Shown here: piece by piece, positions 43,455 through 56,046 of the stretch
Position numbering within the stretch: position 1 is the stretch's first letter
Layout: every line of letters starts with the position of its first letter
Source: Octopus vulgaris
Taxonomy: Eukaryota
Assembly (NCBI GenBank): GCA_951406725.2
Contig: OX597814.1
Span: forward strand, 61,876,001 to 61,940,000
DNA: 64,000 bases
Direction: 5' to 3'
The notes under the pieces: generated by a model
What the model was told of the DNA's origin: nothing
The model's database searches: none
The model's input: only the letters and a program-made list of their open reading frames with translations
Translations under genes and position numbers: made by a program

Positions 43455-43805
43455 ATTCTAGAATTACCACTGTATTCAGTACTCTGTATAAATGTGCCTT
43501 ATTGCTATGTGTCTTTACGCCCACATATAAACATTTTTATCCCCTAATTTTCTATGAGATTATTATTGATGTAACCGGAGGCTTTGAAATATTTCAGCTC
43601 TCATCTTATGTATATAAAAATATTTAGTGTTATCAATAAACATTGTAGAAGATAAATCTTTCCTCTCATTATTATCGATCATACGTGTTAAGCATAACAT
43701 ACCTGCCTTTACAAGCATGAATGGAAACAGGTTAAATTAATATTTTTGCTGTTTAATACCAGTAAAACGAAAAACAAATATACCTTTTTATTTTGTTTTT
43801 AATAG

Positions 43806-43847
43806 GGTTTATTTGTGGCTATCCTGCTCTGTTTTGTCAATGAAGAG
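43806..43847 (+). CDS. Class B1 GPCR 42-nt exon, TM7b
   Basis: ttttaatag|GGT...GAA GAG|gcaagt. Translates to GLFVAILLCFVNEE, the 14-codon 'GxxVAxxxCFxNxE' exon typical of class B GPCRs. The donor is GC. Confidence 0.93.
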
Positions 43848-44113
43848 GCAAGTATTATAAAATTATAAAAATTTTTTTCAAATAAAATCATGTGATTCGT
43901 GTTTAAAACAATAATTTTATTAGAATGTAAAGGTCACTGGAGTAGACCCTTGGTCCAGATTAAACTATTATGTTCTGATTGTTAATATGTCAATATATTA
44001 CGACCGCTAAATCGTATTTAAATTACATATCTAACGAATGAGTCCTTTTCTCTGGAAATCATCATCCTATTTATGAAGTTATTTACAAATTCTTAACGTG
44101 TCTTTATTTGCAG

Positions 44114-44248
44114 GTGATATCAGTAGTTAGACGGAAAGTCAATCAATATTTGCTACATTCTGGTCAACTAGATATTAGACAGTCAAATATATCTTCAGCT
44201 ATGGAGAGTACAGCCCTTTCACCTAAGAAACCTCTTAGTCATGTTGAC
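44114..44248 (+). CDS. Class B1 GPCR exon, helix 8 and C-terminal tail
   Basis: ttatttgcag|GTG...GAC|gtgagt. 45 open codons, VISVVRRKVNQYLLHSGQLDIRQSNISSAMESTALSPKKPLSHVD, continuing the NxE|V helix-8 motif. Confidence 0.85.
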
Positions 44249-44882
44249 GTGAGTTTTAATTTTCTTTTACATCTTTAAACCCACGATTTGCTTTCAATGA
44301 AAGAATTCAATGTCGAACTATTCATGAAATCTGTTGCATGATGTTAAGCACGTATACATGGTTATTGCAAATTTGAACAAGAGAAAGAACTCTAAACGAA
44401 AATTAATGACACGAAAATGCTTTCGAAATAATACTTGTATTTAAACACAACCATTACTTTGGTTAGTGTGTTTGGTGTTTGATTCCATTTCTAAATATTC
44501 TCCCGAACCAATTTTATTCCTTTGCAGTTTCTTTTGGTTGTTTTTACACATTAATTTTGGCTGACATTTATTTGATGGACAAGAATTGTTTCTACCAACG
44601 ATTTCTCGTTCACTGCCACAGCAGTATCTTCTCACCTGGTTTATACAACTCAAAACCACTTCTGTTTAAATGTCTTTGGATTATATAGCTTACTAGACAG
44701 AAGGATAGATAGACAGATACGCACAAACAGGGCTGTTCGAACTTCTAGTAAATTTTATGAGGAGTAATGAGAAGAACGATTGATGCGTAGATGAATGGAT
44801 CAATTCATGTTTCCGCTTGTAGATTAACAACTAGGACTATATATTTTCAGTGTTGCTGAGGCTAACCTACATCTGTGTATGC

Positions 44883-45943
44883 CAGAGTTGGCCAAACTTG
44901 CTTAATGTAAGAGCCACGTTCGATAAAGTTCAGATGTTTGAGAGCCACCAGACATGAACAAAATTTGGTGGAGCCGGAGAACAGTCACCTCCACCCATAA
45001 AACTGACCGTTCCGATTTTTTTTTTTTGCCGGATTCCTATGTTTTCGATGACGGAGATTCCGAATATGCAAAAAACCACGTTTACAAAATTTTTAATTCC
45101 CCCTTCCTCCCACATTTTTTATTTTTAACTTTTTTTCGAAATTGTTTTTTCAAAACTACGTGGAAAAATACGGAGATTAAGAATATGGGGGGGGGGGACA
45201 AATTTTAATTTCAAATTTTTTATGAAAACTCCGAAATTGATCCGCACCCCCATTCCGATGTGTGGATCAATTTTGGAGTTTTTCATTAAAAATTTGAAAT
45301 TAAAATTTGCTTTATTCTTATCTCCGTATTTTTCACGTAGATTGAAAAAGAATTTCGAAGAAAGTTAAAAATTAAAAATGATGGAGGGGGAGAGGGGGAA
45401 ATTAAAAATTTTATAAACAAAACTTGTATCCAAAGTGTACCAACTAGGTCTCCACAGTTCAACATCTTGTGTTACACTACATTAATGTACATGATGTGAG
45501 TACAATTGGGCCTGGACTCATTTAGCCACTTGTGACTGCTCTCACTCCCCCATCACACCCAAACCTTTAATCCCCTTACCCATGAAACTTAAGCTTCTGA
45601 CATTCTTCTGTAACACTTGCTGACCAGAAATTTCTTTAATCCTCCTGCCTCCCACCATTCTTTCCCTTAGCAGTAAAGAAGAAAGCTTCACTCAGATCTA
45701 GCATTAAAATTAGGATTTAAATTCTTAAATATTTTTACTAACCATGAACACTGAAGTTACATTGTAATCCAATGGGATCACAATTCATACCCAGTAAATA
45801 ATTATGAAGCTTCATATTTTTCTTATTTACCTTTAATATTAACTGTGATGAAAAAAGGTGCTGAGCCAACTTATTTCTATGAGCGGCATATTAAAGATCA
45901 AAGAGCTGCATGTGGCTTGCGAGCTGCAGTTTGGCCACCCCTG
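44883..45943. mobile_element. hAT (Charlie-like) non-autonomous element with nested inserts
   Basis: TIRs cagagttggccaaac / gtttggccacccctg, 8-bp TSD gtgtatgc/gtatatgc. Confidence 0.75.
45080..45420. repeat. Long palindrome (foldback MITE remnant) nested in the hAT element
   Basis: Arms of ~160 bp around a centre gatccgcac...gtgtggatc. Confidence 0.75.
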
Positions 45944-48611
45944 GTATATGCCCTGATTTGCTCGGTGTGCCTATCATTCTTTTAGGATTACCATTATATT
46001 TTGTATCATATTTTCATATTGTTATTATACATTTTAAATTTTCATTATTACTCAATATACCCACTCTTTAGCTTTTTGTGTTGCATCTCTGTAATGTCAT
46101 TTTTATACCTGTGTTCTGTATTTTAGTGTTGGGTAGTGGTTGTAAAGAGCATTTATGGGCTACCTCTGGACCATGGGACTTTCTAAATGGCACTTCTAAT
46201 GGAAAATTACTTTGAATTTTTTCAGTAGTGTGACCCACCTGATCCTGAGTGATATCTCAAGTGGCACACTTCTCGAAAAAGGTTGTCCATGTCTGGTATA
46301 GAACATGTGTAGTGTGAGGTTGAGGAGAGTACACTGTGTAAGCTGTGCTATTGAACTTGCATATAATATGGTCTGTACCGATTAGAACTTTTTTTTGTTC
46401 TAAGCCCTGGCATGTTTTTGTTTATAATCCAATTTGACCAAACATTGCCTATTAACTGAAATTCAAATGAGATGGTGTTTGAAAGTGAAAAGAGTACCAT
46501 TATTAATTGGAGCACTGAGGTGTCGATACAATAAGTACCAGTTGAACACTGGGATCGGTGTAATTGACTAGCCCCTCCCCTAAAATTTCAGGCCTTGTGC
46601 CTATAGGGGAAAGAATATTAATTGGAGCACTATGGCAGCAAGCTAGTTGACTTATTAGCATGCTGAGCAAAATGCTTAGCAGCATTTTGTCCAGCCTTAT
46701 GTTCTGAGTTCAAATTCTACTGGGGTCGACTTTGCCTTTTCATCCTTTCGTGGTCCATAAAATAAATACCAGCTGAGCACTGGGGTCAATGTAATTGACT
46801 TACTGCCCCACTTCCCTGAAATTGCTGGCCTTGTGCCAAAATTTGAACCTATTATTAAATGGAGCATTAGTTACTTCAATTAATATCACTTTACTATTTT
46901 CACTTTCAAACCCCATCTCTTTTGTAATTAACAGACAATGTTCAATTGGAAGGGATTGTGATGTCTTTCATAATACAAAAATGTTTGTTCTTAACTTTTA
47001 ATAATTATATCAGAACGGTTTTCTCAACTCTTCTTTTTTAAGTCTGGATGATCATGTCGTGGAAGATTGTAACTAGGTTATTGTGATATACTATGATCGG
47101 TTCATGTTTATACTAGGGTCATTCCACTATATTTTGTTCACACAAAAATCAAAAATAAAGTTTCTTTGGAAAAAATTTCTTGTTAATTTTTTGCATAATG
47201 GTTGTAGTTTGTGAAAATGGGGAAAATGATTGTCAGTCTACTGTTGCTTATGCATAAATTATAATCTCTAATTTTGGCTGCTGTGGAGGGGAAAATGTTT
47301 TTTTTTCTTTTTTGCTAGAGAAATAGAAAAAATTTTAACTGGTTAAAAGTACTAGAACATGGGTTAAAAGTACTAGAACATGGGAACAAATATTCAGTAA
47401 TATTGAAACCTAAATCTGCTTCAGAGAAACAGTAGCATTATTTGTCCAATAAATGATTTTCCCCTCCACAACATTTTAAGGCCTTTAAGTCTTGTTAGTT
47501 CTCACACAAATGGCCAGTTCAGAACTTGCATTTCAGAATCTCTGTTTTTAGGCCAGAGCTACTCAATAATGTTTTCAAAATGGCCAGATATTTTTTTGTC
47601 CTGTCTATTGTTTGAGGAAAGATGTGGCCTTTTCAGATCTTAAGACACTAGAGAGGCTGATGCCCTTGGTCTTCTGCTTGAACTTCTAGGAATAAAGCTG
47701 TAGTTCTGGGGATGAAGAAGTGATTTCTAGAAGGCAGGGAACAATATAAAGAAAGAAAGAAGGCGTAAGGGCACTGCATGGACTAAAGCAGGTATGACTA
47801 ATGCAGCTTACTAGTTGGAAAAAGCAGAAGTCATTGAATTCGCAGTTAAAGAGTCAGTTGATAAATAATGTTTTGCTAATCAGCTGGCTGACCTTCAGAA
47901 TGTTTGCATGTGCAGCAGTAGCACCATCTTAGATATTCCAATGTGGCTCTTATTTGAGGATCAGAAACTGATTAGGGTTGAAGTACTTTTTTACTGGATG
48001 GAAATGTTTAATTATCTCAGAGCTGTATTCCTGTATTCACAAGTGATGGAAAGCAGGAGGCTGTATTGGATGTTAGGATTGCAGATGCAGGCACAGTAAT
48101 TTGACAGCTCCAGCATTCGATCCTCAGAAGAAGGATTGATAAAAAAACCATATTCACTATCTTTAGTTTGGTTTCCGTTCTTATCCTCACTTATGGTCAT
48201 GTATGTTTTGTAATGGCCGAAAGAGGAGTAATTGTATGGGCACCGGGGATACAATGAGGTTCCACAAAGGGTCTCTGGAGTAATGTTACTCAACAGAGTG
48301 CATAGCTTGGAGATCAGGGAATCTCTCCTGGTCTGCTCACTACTTCAATGAATTAAGAGGTAATGGTTCCCACAATACAGACAGATGGTTAGAATGTTGC
48401 AGGAGAGAATTGCAAAGACAGATCCTTCAAGCTAAGCCAACCAGCAGGAGACCTAGGGGTAGGCCAAGGAGATAATTTGGTAATATCCACAGTCTCAGTT
48501 GAAAAGTGTAATGACGGTTACTTCTGATAGGATCCTTTGGAGATACCTGAGGACTCTACTGCAACGTCTCTCCCATGGATAGTAAGTGAAGATGGATGAA
48601 TGGATGGATCA

Positions 48612-49032
48612 CTTTTACCTGTTTCAGTCGTGAGACTGTGGCCATGCTGGGGCATCACCTTGAAGGAATTTATAGTCAAATGAATGGACCATAGTGCTTT
48701 TGTTAAGCCTGGTACTTATTCTATCAGGCCCTTTTTGCTGAACTGTTATGGGGACGTAAACACACCAACACCAGTTGCCAAGTGGTGGTGGGGCACACAC
48801 ACACAGGCATGTATTCTTTTATTCTTTTATTTGTTTCAGTCATTTGACTGCAGCCATACTGGAGCAGTGCCTTTAGTCAAAGAAATTGAGACCAGGACTT
48901 ATTCTTTGTAAACCTAGTATATATTCTATCAGTCTCTTTTGCCATCATTGGTTGACAAGTGATGGCGGGACAGACAAACACAGGCACATACACACAAATA
49001 TACATATATATATATATATATGTGTGTGTGTG

Positions 49033-49065
<33 letters not shown>

Positions 49066-49250
49066 ATATACACACACATATATACGACGGGCTTCTTTCA
49101 GTTTCCGTGTACCAAATTCACTCAAAAATCTTTGGCTATCGTAGAATTCCCAAGACTATAGTAAAAGTCACTTGCCCAAGGTGCCACACAGTGGGACTAA
49201 ACTCGGAACCATGTGGTTGGAAAGCAAGATTCTTACCACACAGCTATGCC
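48612..49250 (-). mobile_element. Two tandem SINEs (dominant family)
   Basis: Two tails (ttttacctgtttcagtc, ttttatttgtttcagtc), an internal (CA)/(TA) tract and one head at ~49240. Confidence 0.8.
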
Positions 49251-49646
49251 CAGCATTTATAACAATCCTGAAATTTTCATTTGACAAATGAGTGTAAAGC
49301 AGAGAACCGGTTTCTTGATATGTGTTGGAACTGAGTCACTGCATTGTTAAAAGAGATTAAGCAATCAACTTCTGTTCAGAGCAAAATAGCAACAAAGTAT
49401 CTATGTTGCATGCAGATGACACTTGGATGTGAAAGGTTAAGGAAGAGTGAAAGACGAGATGATAATTGTAATAATGTGTGATTAGAAATAACATTACTTT
49501 ACAAAAATAACAATTAAGATGTATTGCAAACTACAAAAAAGAAAATAAATGTCAATAATAATTTATAATCCCAAAACTGCTTCTTGCCAAAAGTATTTTA
49601 ACCAACTTTTCAGTATTGTCTGCCTCTTTATGTAGCTTTCTTACAT

Positions 49647-50495
49647 CAGGGGTCTCCAATCTTTTTTGTACCACAGACTGGTTTTCTATACAAGACAATT
49701 TTTCCTCAGATTGGCAGATCCCAGACATAACAGAACACAATAAAGTGCAAAATATATAATTTAATTATTGATTTCAAATTTTATCACAAGACCAGCAATT
49801 TCGGGATAAGTCAATTACATCAACCACAGTGTTCAACCCTGAAAAGATGAAAGACAAAGTTGATCACGGCAGAATTTGAACTCAGAGCAGGATGAAATGC
49901 TGCTAAGCATTCTGCCACCTCATGCCTTGATATATGATTTAATTATCACAAATATAACACACATATATATATATTATATTTATAATGCATGGCTGTGTGG
50001 TAAGAAGCTTGCTTCCCAACCACATGGTTTCGGGTTCATTCCCAGTGCATGACACCTTGGGCCAACCATAGCTTTGTGAGTGGATTTGGTAGACAGAATC
50101 TGAAAGAAGCCTGTCATATATTTTTCTGTGTATATATGTGTATGTATGTGTTTATGTCTGTGTTTGTCCCCCACCACCGCTTGACAACTGGTATTGGTGT
50201 ATTTACATCCCCCATAACTTAGCGGTTTGACTAAAGAAATCAACAAAATAAGTACTAAGCTTTAAAAATTAAGGCTTGGGGTCAATTTATTTGACTAAAA
50301 GCCTTCAAGGCAGCACCCCAGCATGGTCACAAACAAGTGACTGAAACAAGTAAAATATAATTGTAAACATACCCTGCAGACTGCCATAATCAAAAACTTG
50401 GAAATACAATTTAAAAATTTATTTTTTCTGTGGCCCCCAATTCCAAATAATCCACAACCAGATACTGGTTTGCTGCCCAGTGGTTGGAACTCCTG
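49647..50495. mobile_element. hAT MITE containing nested SINEs
   Basis: TIRs caggggtctccaa / ttggaactcctg, imperfect 8-bp TSD tcttacat/ttttacaa, SINEs at ~49770-49930 and 49985-50360. Confidence 0.65.
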
Positions 50496-51242
50496 TTTTA
50501 CAACAAAGACCTCTTTACCTCTGTCCTAGTAAGTTGTTTATTAAATCTATCCAGGCTATTCAGCATGCAACTCATGCTGTTCCTACTCTTATTCAACTCC
50601 AACTCATGCACTAAAAACTGTTCCCAGAAATAGACCGAACCCCTTCCTTCTCTCTCTGCCTTTCTTTTTCTGTCCACAGATTTTTTTAAATATGTCAACA
50701 TGTAACTGTTCAAAGTGAACAGCAATCACATGTTCTGCCCTTCTTATAACACCAAACTCCATCCATCTCTAGCATCTGCTTAATAGATCTTAGGATATTC
50801 TTAGTTCCTGAAATCCACCTCCATCATTGATGTTTGTGTGTGTATGCCTAAGTATAAAAACCAAAGAGAAAAGCAAAAAAAAAGGTGCATTACAAACGGA
50901 GTTCCTTGATATATTTATTCTACAACAAATAACATCATTACAGGCTCGTCGCCAGACTTTGGTGTCTGGGGATGCTTCAGAATATTCTGAGTTGGTACTA
51001 ATTTGTATTGCAGAAAGTCTTTTTTTTTTTTTTTGTAAACTGTATTTTGTAAACCTTAGAGTGCAGCATTGAATATTGAGGGAGCAGTGCCAGCCAGTGT
51101 ACCCCTTTAGCGACAGGTATAAGTTATTACCTTGCCACTCTCACCATCAAAAACATAACAACTAATGATACTTGTGTTCACTAATTCTGATTAGAATGAA
51201 ATCTCTTTATAAAAGATCAGGTATCACTTCTTTCATTTTCTT

Positions 51243-51298
<56 letters not shown>

Positions 51299-52737
51299 CA
51301 AACAAACATTTCGATCAGTTCAAATATGTCTGGAACGTATTTGATCTGTAAAAAAGCTGTTTTCACTGCAGTTTGCCATGGAGAAAATTCTCGTTGTTGG
51401 CAATAGGTGTCAAAACACCAATGATGATTTGAAGGCGCCTTCAGGTGGAATAATAAATGCATCTCAATCTCTTTGACTATCTTGCACCACAAGAGAGACA
51501 ATCCTGAAATGATTCTGGAAATCACTACTTTCTTATAAAATCTCAGTATAAACTATGAACTGATTACGTGCAACTCTGGCTTGGCTACAACAAAATATGT
51601 AGCAGTTTTTTGTTTTGTTTTGTTGTTTTTTTGTTTCCCCCTGTTTGTTTTTTATCCTCTTGCTGGTTTTGTCATGCTAACGAGACTGTGAAAGTAGGAG
51701 ACTATCAAACGCCAAGTGAAGAATAATAGAGTAAGAAATGTAGAATTGCAGTGAGTATGAATTGACGGATGTGATGTTCATTACAAAAGTCGGTGGGAGA
51801 ATAAATGAGTACGCATGGAGAAATTAAAATGAAAGTCAGTTGGAGGAATAGGAGGACGAGAAGTAATGTATCGTAGACGCTCTTTTGCTGTGCATTGACA
51901 CTAACAGGTGGAGGGTGAGCAAGCCAGCTGCACGGGAAATGACGTTCGAAAGCCAACCGTCAACTCGGATCCAATATGTGCGTTGGAGCCCTCCACCCTG
52001 GGCAGCGCCATCTAGCCCAACGAACAACTTCCAAGGCTGAATCCGGTAAGAAACCGCCCTCCAAACACAATGAGTACCGCAAGGGCTGCTCTCTTTTCAG
52101 ACCTATCCCATGTAAGTAGGCTGCTTCTCCACATGACACCCGGCATTCGTGGACAGAGCCACGCATCTAAGGAGTGCATCCATCTGCCTAATAATCACTT
52201 GCCAATGATCTAAGCGGATCATAACCACACCTAAATGGCCAGTTTATGAAGGTGGACGGTGTTAACAGAAATGAAAGTCAGCTGAGTCATCATCGTCATG
52301 CATCGTATGCTCTTTTGCAGTGCATTTACGACACTATAATAAAAGTCTTCCCAATTAAGCATGCGTTTTCCTAATTAAGCACGCGTTTCCCTCGGTCTGA
52401 CTTTTTCGTACTGTTTTCTTGACAAGGATAATGAGGTGGTTTGCCATTGCCCTTCCGCAACAGGATGGCTGTTGGTCTACCAGGAGCTCATCCATCCTTC
52501 GACAGGTTTTGTTTTATGTCCTACAGTGTGTCCAATTACAGTAAGAGTTGGAATAGCAAACAAAATATAGAAAGATAGAGTGGGAATCAACAAAGAATTG
52601 CATTTTAAAACAACTAATCAGGTGTAAAAGACGACCAAGTCATTAGGTATCAGCTAAGTAATCAGTATACTTAGGTCACGGAAGACTAGTGGAACCAAGC
52701 ATCTTTACAAAAACAAAAAAAATGTGATTTAGGAACT

Positions 52738-53057
52738 ATCAAAAGTGGCTTGTACACATGTGTGTGTGTGTGCGTGTGTATTACTATTAAGCGAAACTGC
52801 AAAATTAATTATTACAGCTGCTTTAAGATCACATTGCACAAAAGCGTCTTCTGTTAAATATTTTTTATACTAAAATTTATGTTTGCATAAATTATTCATT
52901 CCATACTAAAAAAAATTCCTCGATTTGCCATATTTGAGCATTCGAAACAGAAGACGCTTTTGCACAATGTGGATCTGAAAGCAGCCGTAATAATTAATTT
53001 TGCAGGTTCGCTTAATAGTAATGCGCGCGCGCACATGCGGATGAGCTACTTTTGATG
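52738..53057. repeat. Hairpin MITE
   Basis: atcaaaagtggct..ttactattaagcgaaactgcaaaattaattatta..aaaagcgtcttctgtt is mirrored by aacagaagacgctttt..taataattaattttgcaggttcgcttaatagtaa..agctacttttgat. Confidence 0.8.
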
Positions 53058-53086
53058 TATTTGATATTGGCTAATATACGGACCTG

Positions 53087-54372
53087 GGATCTTTTTGGTT
53101 TGAACGGCAGTTTTTAACATAATTTCTAGGTAACTAAAAAATTTTAAACTTCGTATACTGGTAGAATGTGTTTATAAAACATCTTTTTCTCTTGGCTTTA
53201 TTGAGAAAATTCTATAGTTTGTAAGATATTTGTTGTTTTTTGTCTTCAATTTCTGCAATTTCAACCAATCAAATACCTCTATTGAGGTAAAAAACATTCT
53301 GAATATGTCCCGCGTTTAAGAAACAGATTGGGTTTATCTACATTTGTGAAGAAAAAAAGATACCTTTCCCCCCACCCCTAACCCTAAAACAGATTAGAAT
53401 GCAATAGATCGATACTAGGGTCATAATTACGGGTGACCTGGGATCTTTTCGTTTTGAATGGCAATTTTCAACACAATTTCTAGTTAACTAAACACTTTTA
53501 AACTTCATTTGGGGTGAAAACATTCCGTACTGTATGAATATGTCCCTCGTTTAAGAAACAGATTGGGTTTATTTACATTTGTGAAGAAAAAAAAGATACC
53601 TTCCCCCCACCCCTAACCCTAAAACAGATTAGAATGCAATAGATCGATACTAGGGTCATAATTATGGGGGACCTGGGATCTTTTCGTTTTGAACGGCAAT
53701 TTTCAACACAATTTCTAGTTAACTAAACACTTTTAAACTTCATTTGGGGTGAAAACATTCCGTGCTGTATGAATATGTCCCTCGTTTAAGAAACAGATTG
53801 GGTTTATTTACATTTGCGAAGAAAAAAAGATACTCTTCCCCCACCCCTACCCCTAACCATAACTCTAAACCTAACCCTAAAATAGATTGAAATGCAATAG
53901 ATCGATACTTGGGTTATAATTATGGGTGACAATTTCATACGACACCGCTACGGAAAATGGGATTTTTTCTAGCGGTGTCAAATGAAATTGTCACCCATAA
54001 TTATAACCCTAGTATCGATCTATTGCATTTCAATCTATTTTAGGGTTAGGTTTAGAGTTATGGTTAGGGTTAGGGTGGGGGAAGGGTAAAATTTTTTTCT
54101 TTCGAAAATGTAAATAAACCCAATCTATTTCTTAAACGAGGGATATATTCATACAGCACGGAATGTTGTTTGCGTCAATGGAGGTCAGCGATTGGTTAAA
54201 ATTGCCGAAATGCTCGAAATTAAAGTCGAAATATGTTACAACATATAGAATTTTCTCAATAAAGCCAAGAAAAAATGATGTTTTATAAACACATTCTACC
54301 AGTATATAAGTTTAAAAGTGTTTAGTTAACTAGAAATTGTGTTGACACATGCCGTTCAAAAGGAAAAGATCC
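53087..54372. mobile_element. Foldback DNA transposon with long TIRs, CCCTAA/TTAGGG motifs and internal tandem duplication
   Basis: Termini ggatctttt..ttgaacggca / tgccgttcaaa..aaaagatcc, flanking direct repeat cggacctg, hairpin centre gacaccgcta..tagcggtgtc at ~53960. The left arm is present three times. Confidence 0.85.
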
Positions 54373-56019
54373 CGGACCTGGGCCAGAATTCCGACATAAA
54401 TAGAAGACATGTTTTGTAATCCTTATAATAAATGCTGTCATTTTTTATGAACACTGTAGCAGTAAGCAAATAAGAAATTAGTGTCCGGCAACTTAGTTTC
54501 AATCTTTACTTGTGCTATTTAATTTTCCCAGGAAAGGAGTTGCACATTGCAGTTTCTTATTGTTCCAAGTCAAAGAGAAAAACAAAATGTTATAAAATTA
54601 CGAAGAAATAATAGCAATGACTTCGTAAAAATGGCAATGCATTGGACTACATGCCTTGCTTTTTAAATAAAGACGCTACACAGTATTGGTAGGAAAATAA
54701 TCGACCGATTGTTGATGAAGCAGCAATAAATACTGAAACAGTCATATATATCTCCCTTTCTCTAACTACAGAGGGAAAAAAAGCATGTGGCTTGACCATA
54801 ACAGATAGTTTTCATAACTTTATTTGCTAACAAAATACCCTGCTGTGCTTTTATTAATTAATTAATACAAGACCGCTTTGTTATGCAAATTAGAGCGGTC
54901 AAATTTTGCCAGGTCAGACCAGTTTCATCACAGGCTGATGGAAATCTCTTTCTGGTAACCATGTAATCCAGTATTACCTGCTCGTGGCGAAGCAGTCGGA
55001 GGCTAAACAGGCTCTCTAGAGAGAGTGTGTGGTTACCCAGCACAAAGTATAAAAGCTGTCAAAGGACAAGCTCCTTGAGAATCAACGACACTCATATCCT
55101 TGGGGGGGAAAAGTATGTTACCGGGATAACTGAGCCAAATGAAACAACTGAATGGAAGTTAACACTAATATTTATCCTATTCTAAGACGGTGAGCTAGCA
55201 GAATCGTTAGCACGCCAGGCAAAATGCTTAGCGGCATTTCGTCCGTCTTTACGTTCTAAGTTCAAATCCGCTGAGGTCGGTTTTTGCCTTTCATCCTTTC
55301 GGAGTCGATAAAATAAGTACCAGTTGAGTACTGGAGTCGATGCAATCGACAAACTCCCTCCCCCTAAATTGACGTCCTTGTGCCAAAATTTTAAATTAAT
55401 ATTTAATTCTATAGCCATCCAGAATAGAGAGGGTGGAAAAGATTAGTAGAAAAAAATCGGGTGCCCCAAACTACAGAAATACTAACTTGACTTAGATTTT
55501 ATTCTTTCCGAGCTTGTTTCTGCAATAGCTATAAATTCCCTCTAGTCGAAAAAATAGATAAGCGATCTCTGCTGAAACTAATGAACACTGAAACTAATCA
55601 CTTCAATCTTTCTTTCTTTCTTTTTTCTTTGTGGTGGGGATAAGAGGAGAAAAAACTTCATGGTTTAACCACAGTGACTACTTTTCTCAACGAAGCTCTA
55701 AATGTGGTCTGCTGGGTTTCAATTGATTCACTATGTAAATTAATGCTTTCCATTCAAGTGTTTCATTAAGCTAAGCAATCCGAGTAACATCCTTCTAAAA
55801 CATTACCTCCACATGCTTTATCTTCCAGCCCTCTGCATTTAGTTCAAATAGACTGACTACCAGGGTTAAAACTGTCTTTCATTTCCCGAGGACTGATAAA
55901 ATAACATCCACAATTATTAAAATATTCTCTTTCCTAAAGAAAATTTTGGCCTTGAATCCAGTAAAAAAAAACAAAAAGTTTATTCTTAGTTTTTTCATGC
56001 CTTTTTCTTTATTTTTCAG

Positions 56020-56046
56020 AACAAACCGATTGTGAATTTGGAATAA
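56020..56046 (+). CDS. Candidate terminal coding exon of the GPCR (NKPIVNLE*)
   Basis: Long polypyrimidine tract plus CAG acceptor, with an in-phase (0) short frame ending in TAA. No homology support. Confidence 0.3.
   Translation, partial: NKPIVNLE

Noticed and set aside
47640-48590. Possible decayed LINE RT region
   Set aside because: Coding-like composition, but no motif could be read with enough confidence to classify it.
53370-54080. Interstitial telomere (CCCTAA/TTAGGG)
   Set aside because: Only 2-4 imperfect units, embedded in the TIRs of a foldback element, so not a telomeric array.
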